From Eledone cirrhosa (taxonomy: Eukaryota), in assembly GCA_964016885.1 (NCBI GenBank), contig OZ024742.1:72168001-72232000 (forward strand): a DNA stretch of 64,000 bases, in the 5' to 3' direction. Position 1 is the first letter of the stretch, and every line of letters starts with the position of its first letter. The notes beneath the pieces are model-generated. The model had not been told where the DNA came from, did not search any database, and saw only the letters and a program-made list of their open reading frames with translations. The position numbers and the translations under genes were made by a program. Shown in pieces: positions 54,323 through 64,000 of this stretch.

Positions 54323-57300
54323 ATAATATAATATAATATAATATATTATAATTAATATAATTAATATAATATAATATAATATATTATAATTAATATAATA
54401 TAATATAACTAATATAGTATAATATAATATACTATAATTAATATTATATAATATAATATAATTAATATAAATTATATAATTAATATAATATAATATAATT
54501 ATTATAATTAATATAATATAATATAATATAATATATTATACTCATGTAATTAGTATAATTAATATAATATAATTGTTTCTACTGGGCACAAGGCCAGTAA
54601 TTATCCAGTACATTACTGGTACTTTATTTTATCGACCTCTTAAGGATGAAAGGCAAAGTTAACTCGCGGGGTATAATATTATGTAATATAATTAATATAA
54701 TTAATATAATATAATATAATATAATTAATATAATTAATATAATTTAATATAATATAATTAATATAATTAATATAATATAATATATTATAATTAATGTAAA
54801 TAATATAATTATTATAATATTATATATTTTAATTAATATGATTAATATAATTAATATAATTAATGTAATATAATTAATATTAATAATGTAATTCATACAA
54901 TTAATATAATATGATTTAATATTATTAATATAATATATTATAATATATATAATATATTATAATATAATATCATATGATATAATATCATATGATATAATTA
55001 ATATAATTAATATAATATAATATAATATAATATAATTAATATATTATAATATAATTGTTTCTACTTTAGGCACAAGGCCGGTAAATACCTAGTGCATTAC
55101 TGGTACTTTATTTTATCGACCCCGTAAGGGTGAAAGGTAAAGTCAACCTCGGCGGGATTTGAACCCAGATCGTAAAGGGACATAACTATGCTGGAAAGCA
55201 TGGCGTCCGACCCTCTACCGATACTGCCAATCCAGCTAATTTAATATAATTTATATAATATAATATAATTGTTTCTACTTTAGGCACAAGGCCAGAAATT
55301 ACCCAGTGCATTACTGGTACTTTATTTTATCGACCCCGTAAGGATGAAAGGCAAAGTCAACCTCAGCGGGATTTGAACTCAGATCGTAAAGGGACGTAAC
55401 TATGCTGGAAAGCATGGCGTCCAACTCTCTACCGATACTGCCAATCCACTATATAATGAAATATATTATAATATAATATAATTGATATAATTAATATTGT
55501 ATAATATAATATAATATAATATAATTAACATAAATAATATAATTAATATAATATAATTAATATAATTAATACAATTGTTTCTACTTGTGGCGGTGGACCG
55601 AGAAGAACAATTTCATGCAAAGAAGAGAAGACCAAGTTTATGGTGTAAATGGAGTCGTTAGCCTAATATTCTATTTAAAATAACCGAATGATTTCCAGCC
55701 CCGGAGTTTAAGAATGATGTAAATAAAATTGTAAACGAAAATGACAGGTTATTAAAATAGTTGTTTCTACTTTTGGCACAAGGCCACAATATACAGTACA
55801 TTACTGGCACTTTATTTTATCGACCTCTTAAGGATGAAATGCAAAGTTAACCTCGGCGGGATTTGAACTCAGAATGACAAGGGCCGTAACTCTATGCATC
55901 AAAGTATGTCGTCTGACCCTCTACCTTTATTACCAGAAAAGCAAATTTAACATCGGCGGGATTTGAACTCAGAATGGCAAAGGCCATAACTCTATGACTC
56001 AACGCATGGCGTCTGACCCTCTACCGAAACTGCCAACCCACTGCCCCTTAATTAATATAATTAATATAATATAATATAATATATTATAATATCATATAAT
56101 TAATATAATTAATATAATTAATATAATATAATCAATATTATTAATATAATATAATTAATATAAATAATATAAGTAATATAATGTAATATAATATAATATA
56201 TTATAATATAATATGATACAATATAATTAATATAATTAATATAATATAATTAATATAATATAATTAATATAATTAATATAATATAATATAATTAATATAA
56301 ATAATATAATAAGATATAATATAATATAATTAATATAATTAATATAATATAATTAATATAATTAATATAATAATATAATATATTATAATTAATATTAATA
56401 ATATAATTATTATAATATAATAATTATAATATAATATAATATAATAAATATAATTAATATAATATAATATAATATAATATAATTAATATAATTAATATAA
56501 TATAATATAATATAATTAATATATATAATGTAATTTATATAATTAATATAATATAATATATTATAAATATATTATAATTAGTATAAATAATATAATATAA
56601 TATAATATAATATATTATAATATAATATAATTATTTCTACTTTTGGCACAAGGCCAACAATTTAACAGTACATTACTGGTACTTTATTTTATCGACCCGG
56701 TAAGAATGAAAGGCAAAGTTAACCTCGGTGGGATTTGAACTCAGTCCATAAAGGGACATAACTGTGCTGCAAAGCATGGCATGCCACCCTCTACCGATAC
56801 TGCCATTCAACAATATAATATAATTATTATAATTAATATAATTATTACAATATAATATAATATAATATAATTAATATAATATAATATAATATAATATAAT
56901 ATAATTGAACTCAGAATGGCAAGGGCCATAACTCTATGACTCAACGCATTGCGTCTGACTCTCTACCGAAACTGCCAACCCACTGCCCCTTAATTAATAT
57001 AATTAATATAATATAATATAATATAATATAATATAATTAATATAATTGTTTCTACTTTTGGCACAAGGCCAGCAATTACCCAGTGCATTACTAGTACTTT
57101 ATTTTATTGACCCCGTAAGGAATGAAAGGCAAAGTTAACCTCAGAATGGAAAGGGCTGTAACTCTATGCGTCAAATCATGGCATCTGGTCCTCTACCGAT
57201 ACTGCCAACCCACCACCCCTTAATTAATATAATTAATATAATATAATATAATATAATATATTATAATATAATATAATATCATATAATTAATATAATTAAT

Positions 57301-57667
57301 GTAATATAATTAATATCAGTAATATAATTAATATATTATAATTAGTATAAATAATATAATTAATATAATATAATTGTTTGTACTTTAGGCACAAGGCCAG
57401 CAATTACCCAGTGCATTACTGGTACTTTATTTTATCGACCCCGAGAGGGTGAAAGGCAAAGTCAACCTCAGCGGGATTTGAACTCAGATCGTAAAGGAAC
57501 GTAACTATGCTGGAAAGCATGGTGTCTGACCCTCTACCGATACTGCCAATCCACCTCCCTGTAATATAATATAATATATTATAATATAATATGATATAAT
57601 ATAATATAATTAACAATAATATAATATAATATAATTAATATAATTAATATAATATAATATAATATAT

Positions 57668-59555
57668 CATCATCATCATCATCATAATCATCATCATCAT
57701 TTTACATCCGCTTTTCCCTGCTTGCAAGGGTGCGACGGGTCTTATTCAGCACAGCATCTCTCCACTCGTCACAGTCCCTCGTCATCTCCACCGTGAGCTT
57801 CAGTGATCTAAGGTCTGTTCTCACCACTCCGCCCATGTTTTTCGTGGTCTACCTCTACCACGTCTTCCTTCAACTGGCAATTCCTGGCACTTCTTCACCC
57901 ATCGGTCATCCTCCATGCGCATCACATGTCCATACCACCTCAGTCTCCTCCCCCGTACACCACATTCTATCCCTCTCAGACACAGTTTCTCTCTCAACAC
58001 TTCCATGCTGGGTCGTTCACGCACATTGACATTTCACATTCAACGGAGCTTGCTTGCCTCATTTCTCTCCAGCCGTCGCATAGCCTCTGCAGTTGCAGCA
58101 CATGTTTCACTACCATGCAGCATCGTGCTCCTCACACAGGCACCATATAACTGGTCTTTCGTACACAGGTAGAAACCCTTCTTCGTCAGCAGAGGAAGCA
58201 GCTCCCTAAACTTCTTCCAACCCATCCTTATTCTAGATACTATGGCCTCGGAACACCCTCCTCCCATGCTAATCTGATCTCCTAGGTACCGGAAGCTATC
58301 CACCACTTCTATAGCGCCCTCCTGCATTTGAAAAAGGTGTCTATCAATGCGACTTCTACTGTCTAATTTTCCTGTACATCTACTGCATACGTATTTCTCC
58401 CTACCTGTTAGTTTGCCTGCTATCCCACTACATCTCTTGTGTACCCAGGATCTGTATTGTGTGCATTTTATAGAATTTATGCCAGTTCCTTTTCTGCATA
58501 TCGAACATGGCCATTTCCCTGACAGAATCAGAGTTTTGTCCTCTCTTCTACTCATCAACACTTTTGTCTTAGCTAGGTTCACTCTCAGTCCTCTTGATTC
58601 CAACTGTTGTTTCCATAGCCAGAATTTATCCTCTAGCTCCTCTATTGATTCTGCTATAAGAACCTGATCGTCAGCATAGATAAGTTCCCATGGACAGCCA
58701 GTCTTAAACTCCCCTGTTATGGCTTGGAGGACTATAATGAACAAGAGCGGGCTGAGGACCGAACCTTGATGTACTCCTACTTGTATCTGGAATTCCTTAC
58801 TAAACTCCATTCCTACCCTGACTTTAGTGACAGTACCTCTGTTCAAAGTGTGCACTGTCTTCACAAGCCATTCCTCAATACCTAGTTTCCTTAGGGACCA
58901 CCAGATGCCAGATCAGGGTACCCTATCAAAGGCCTTCTCTAGGTCAACAAAGGCTAAGTATGGTGGCATATTTTTCTCTAAGAACCTCTCTTGTAATTGT
59001 CTCACCAAGAAGAGGGCATCTGTTGTACTCTTCCCAGACACAAAACCAAACTGCATCTCATCTAGTTTGACCCTTTCTCTAATTAGTTGTGTTAATATCC
59101 TTTCTGCCACTTTCATAACCTGATCCATCAGTTTGATGCCCCTACAATTGATCCTCTCCAGAGCATCCCCTTTACCTTTGTAGCAATTTATGAGAATACT
59201 GCACCAGTCTTTGGGTATGACACCACCATAAATAGCCTGATTGATGATGTGTGCAACCAGTTTAGTGCCTACGTCCCCTGATGCCGTCAGCATCTCAGCA
59301 ACTATCCCCGAAGGTCCAACAGCCTTACCATTTTTCATTTCCTTAATCGCCTCTTGGACCCTATATTCATCAATCTCAATAGCTGGTCCCTCTGTTGGAT
59401 CTACTGAGGGTAATTTCTCTCTCTCGCATTCATTCTCCACATTCATCAGTCTCTCATAATGACATTTCCAGGCTTCCGTTTTCCGATCATTCGTGACACT
59501 AAGTACACCAGCATCATTCCGGACACATTTATCTCCAACAACATCCTGATTTGCA
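57668..59555 (-). pseudogene. RTE LINE RT/PHD fragment, 5'-truncated
   Basis: KAVGPSG, FVDLEKAFDRVP, GVHQGSVLSPLLF, YADD, WPCSIC..WVHKRC. Confidence 0.9.
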
Positions 59556-62463
59556 TTGAATATAATTATATTGAATATAATTAATATAATTAATATAATA
59601 TAATATAATATAATATAATATAATATAATATAATATAATATATTTAATATAATTAATTTAATATGATATATTATAATATAATATGATATAATATAATTAA
59701 TATAATTAATATAATTAATATAATATAATTGTTTCTACTTTTGGCACAAGGGCAGCAATTATCCCAGTGTATTACTGGTACTTTATTTCATCGACCCCGT
59801 AAGGATGAAAGGCAAAGTTAACCTCGGCAGGAATTGAACTCAGACCATAAAGGGCAGTAAGTCTTTGCTGCAAAGCCTGGCGTCTGGCACTCTACCGATA
59901 CTGGCAATCCGCCTTCTAACATTATATAATATAATATAATTAATATAATATAATATAATATAATTAATATAATTAATATAATTAATATAATATAATATAA
60001 TATAATTAATATAATTAATATAATATAATATAATATAATTAATATAATTAATATAATTAATATAATTAATATAATTAATATAATATAACATATTATAATT
60101 AATATAATTAATATAATTATTATAATTAATATAGTATAATATAATATAATTAATATATTATAATATAATATAATTAATATAATTATTATAATTAATATAA
60201 TATGATATAATTTAATATAATATAATATAATATAATATAATTAATATAATTAATATAATATAATATAATATAATATCACATAGAATAATATATAATTAAT
60301 ATAATATAATATAATTAATATAATTAATATAATTAATATAATATAATATAACATAATATGTTATAATATAATATATTATAATTAATATAATTAATATAAT
60401 ATAATTAATTTAATATAATAAAATATATTATAATATAATATAATATAGTATAATTAATATAATATAACATAATATAATTAATATAATTACTATAATTATT
60501 ATAATTAATTGAGTATAATATAATATAATTAATATAATTAATATAATATAATATAATAAAATATAATTAATATAATATAATATAATTAATATAATATAAT
60601 TAATATAATATAATTAATATAATATAATTAATATAATTATTATAATTAATATAATTGTTTCTACTTTTGGCACAAGGCCAGCAATTAACCAGTACATTAA
60701 TGGTACTTTATTTTATCGTCCCCGTAAGGATGAAAGGCAAAATCAACCTCGGCGGGATTTGAACTCAGATCGTAAAGGGACGTTACCATGCTAGAAAGCA
60801 TGGCGTCTGACCCTGTACTGATACTGCCAATCCACCCATATAATATAATATAATATAATTAATATAATATAATTAATATAGTATAATATAATATAATTAA
60901 TATAATATAATTAATATAGTATAATATAATATAATTAATATAATATAATATAATTGTTTCTACTTTTGGCACAAGGCCAGCAATTACCCAAATATAATAT
61001 AATATAGTATAATTAATATAATATAATATAATTAATATAAATAATATAATTAATATAAATAATTGTTTCTACTTTTGGCACAAGGCCAGCAATTACTCAG
61101 TACATGACTGGTACTTTTTATCGACCCCGTAAGGATGAAAGGCAAAGTCAATCTCGGCGGGATTTGAACTCAGAATGGAAAGGGCCCTAACTCTATGCGT
61201 CAAAGCATGGCGTCCGACCCTCTACCGATACTGCCAATCCACCAATTAATACAATACAATACAATACAATACAATGCAATGCAATGCAATACAATACAAT
61301 ACAATACAATACAATGCAATGCAATGCAATGCAATGGTTTCTGATAGTCCAGCAAGGTTTCACAAGGCCAGCAATTTTGGGGGAAGAGAAAGTCGAATAT
61401 ATCGACCCCGTAAGGATGATAGGCAAATTTAACCTCGGCAGGATTTGAACTCAGACCATAAAGGGCCGTAACTCTTTGCTGCAAAGCATGTTGCCCGACC
61501 CTCTACTGATACTACCAATCCCCCACCCTTATATATAATATATTAATATAATATATATAAATTAATATATATTAATATAATTGTTTCTACTTTAGGCACA
61601 AGGCCAGCAATTACCCAGTGCATTACTGGTACTTTATTTTATTGACCCCGTAAGGATGAAAGGCAAAGTCAATCTCGGCGGGATTTGAACTCAGATCGTA
61701 AAGGGACGTAACTGGAAAGCATGGCGTCCGACCCTCTACCGATACTGCCAATCCACCACCCTATAATATATAATATATATATAATATAATATAATATAAT
61801 TGTTTCTACTTTTGGCACAAGGCCAGCAAATACCCAGTGCATTACTGGTACTTTATTTTATCGAGCCCATAATATAATATAATATAATTAATATAATATA
61901 ATATAATATAATTAATATGATTAATATAATTAATATGATTAATATTATTAATATAATTAATATAATATAATATAATCTTTAATACATAATATAATCTTTA
62001 TAATATACTCTTTTTATAATATAATCTTTAATACAATCTTTTCTTTTCAATGATATTCGATAAATCTGTCTGATTGTTCAAAACCATCTCTTTGTATTTT
62101 AAAATCCCCTAATTCTGTGAGACCCTCGAAAACAATCTTCTACTTGTATTTAAACTCTTATTACTGTTATATGCTCATTTAATTATGGCCGAATTTCTAG
62201 GATTATATTATAAAATAACCTTCTCACTAACTCCCCCAGATCCCTCACCCCACTCGCCACCATTATTATTTGGTCCAATCATTATTCAGCGGCTTATAAT
62301 GTTTCTCTTACCAATCTCTTTCACAAAACCACCGCCTCGGCTATCACTTCTTAAGTTTAGACCTGGTTGCTTTTCAATATACTAGATGGACTATAGAATT
62401 CTGGAGAGTCTGAAGAATCTGGACACTCAATGACAATGCCAAAGATAAAGATAAATTCACCTC

Positions 62464-64000
62464 ATGTTGCCGGACAAGAATGCAAGAACCCTATCTCCCT
62501 CACCCCTCCCTGCGCCTCATCTTTCCCACCCACCAAACGCAATCAAAAACTTCAGAGTTGTTACCATGAATGTAGGCACCTTAAAAGGCCGCTCTAACGA
62601 GGTTGTAGAGATGCTTGAACATAAGGAAGTTGATGTTTGCTGTATTCAAGAGACTAGGTGGCTCTGTTAGATTCATTGTGGGTAAAAAACGATGCTATAA
62701 ACATTTCTGGGTGGGAAATGACAATGGGCTGGGTGGAGTAGGAATCATGCTAGCAGAAAAATGGGTAGATAAGGGTAATAGACGTAAATAGAGGGAATGA
62801 CAGAATAATTAAAATAAGACTTGTCCTAAATAGAACTACTGTGACAATAACTGCCTGGCGTTATAAAAGACAGATTCTATAAGTCGCTAATGCTCACTAC
62901 CTTCCAAATAACCGACAGTGACTACATAATTATTGCTGGCAACCTAAATGGTCATGTTGGACAACATTGTGATGGCTATGACAGAATCCATGGAGGCTAT
63001 GGGTTTGGTACTAGAAATGAGGAAGGCTCCAGAATCCTGGAATTCCGTGATACAAATAACCTAACTATCTGTAACACAAACTTCAAAAAACGAAACAATC
63101 ACTTGAACACCTATAGATCAGGGGAACATGCTAGTCAGGTAGATTATATCCTTACCAGAAGACGTAACAGAGTGTCTGTTGTAAACACTAAATCCCTATC
63201 CCATGAAGAATGTACCTCCAAACATAGCCTCATAGTTAGCGACCTCATAGTCAGGACGAGACGTACTCAACAACAGAGGAGGACTAACCTAAGGAGAAGA
63301 ATATGGAAGTTAAAGGGCCCCACAACCAGTAACAAATTTAAAAGCATAGTACTTGATGCTTTTGACAGTAAAGAAGAGCAATTAGTTGTACAATATAGAG
63401 GAACAGTGAGAATTCCTGAAAGTTAACCTGCTGATGGCGGCAGGCGAAGTCTGTGACTGGAGCAGGCCTATAGGCAGGAGGAGAGTAACATGGTGGTGGG
63501 TGGTGGAACAGTAAGGTGGAGGAGTCAATGAAGGCCAAACAGCAGGCTTGGAAAGTATGGGGGAAGTAGAGAAGACTATCAAGTGGCCAGGAGGGAAGCT
63601 AGGAGACAAGTGCACTTCGCAAGAAGGGAAGCAGAGGAAAGAAAGTTCAAGCATGTTCTACAACGCGAGGACCAAAAACGTGAGGTGTTCAGGATTGCTA
63701 GGCAATGTGTCAAGGAAATCCATGATATTGTCGGGGAGAAGTGTGTCCGTAATCTTGATGGTGTACTTGCCATCACTGACGCTGATAAGAAGGTAGCTTA
63801 GAAGTGTCACAACGAGAGGTTACTAAATGAGGAGAATAAATAGGACAAAGATAGTCTGCCCCCACATCGATCAATAGAGGGACCAGCAGTGCAAGTTGAA
63901 GTTAGTATAATAAGTAAGGCAATCAAAGATATGAAGACAGGCAAGGCAGCTGGGCCTTCGGAGATAGTTGCTGAAATGCTGAAAGCATCTGGAACGGTGG
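62464..64000 (+). pseudogene. RTE LINE 5' part (APE endonuclease), continuing beyond the window
   Basis: TMNVGTL, CCIQETRW, AGNLNGHVG, SQVDYIL, KAAGPS; stops and frameshifts. Confidence 0.88.

Larger units (their letters stand above)
48300..62000 (-). repeat. AT-rich pentamer satellite domain studded with >20 co-oriented SINE copies and RTE 3' ends
   Basis: (ATATA)n/(AATATAATT)n tracts alternate with TTGTTTCTACTTT.GGCACAAGGCC-initiated units; similar tracts at 42860-43850 and 45730-46360. Confidence 0.92.

Overview
Gene-free, repeat-saturated eukaryotic (animal) DNA. The repeat vocabulary suggests a cephalopod/octopus-like mollusc, but that is inference only. No intact host gene is visible. 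The most informative locus is a 5'-truncated, frameshifted R2 retrotransposon (C2H2 finger, Myb, RT, CCHC-type knuckle, restriction-like endonuclease; ~6.3-10.4 kb). It is still joined at the canonical R2 site to ~790 bp of 28S rDNA but is stranded outside any rDNA array. Its last ~80 nt contain several 12-15 nt sense and antisense copies of the downstream 28S target plus a terminal hairpin. The remainder is layered transposon debris: roughly 40 full or partial copies of one tRNA-derived SINE stacked mostly co-directionally in AT-rich pentamer satellite; RTE-clade LINEs (one family with a PHD-like finger inside RT, two copies with twin-priming-like inversions); CRE-like, CR1-like and Penelope-like fragments; two hammerhead ribozyme motifs (one in a retrozyme-like unit); nested non-autonomous Helitrons; hAT relics; a piggyBac-type MITE; a 40-bp minisatellite born inside a retroelement tail; and several long palindromes. 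Coordinates were read by eye and ends are approximate unless motif-anchored.
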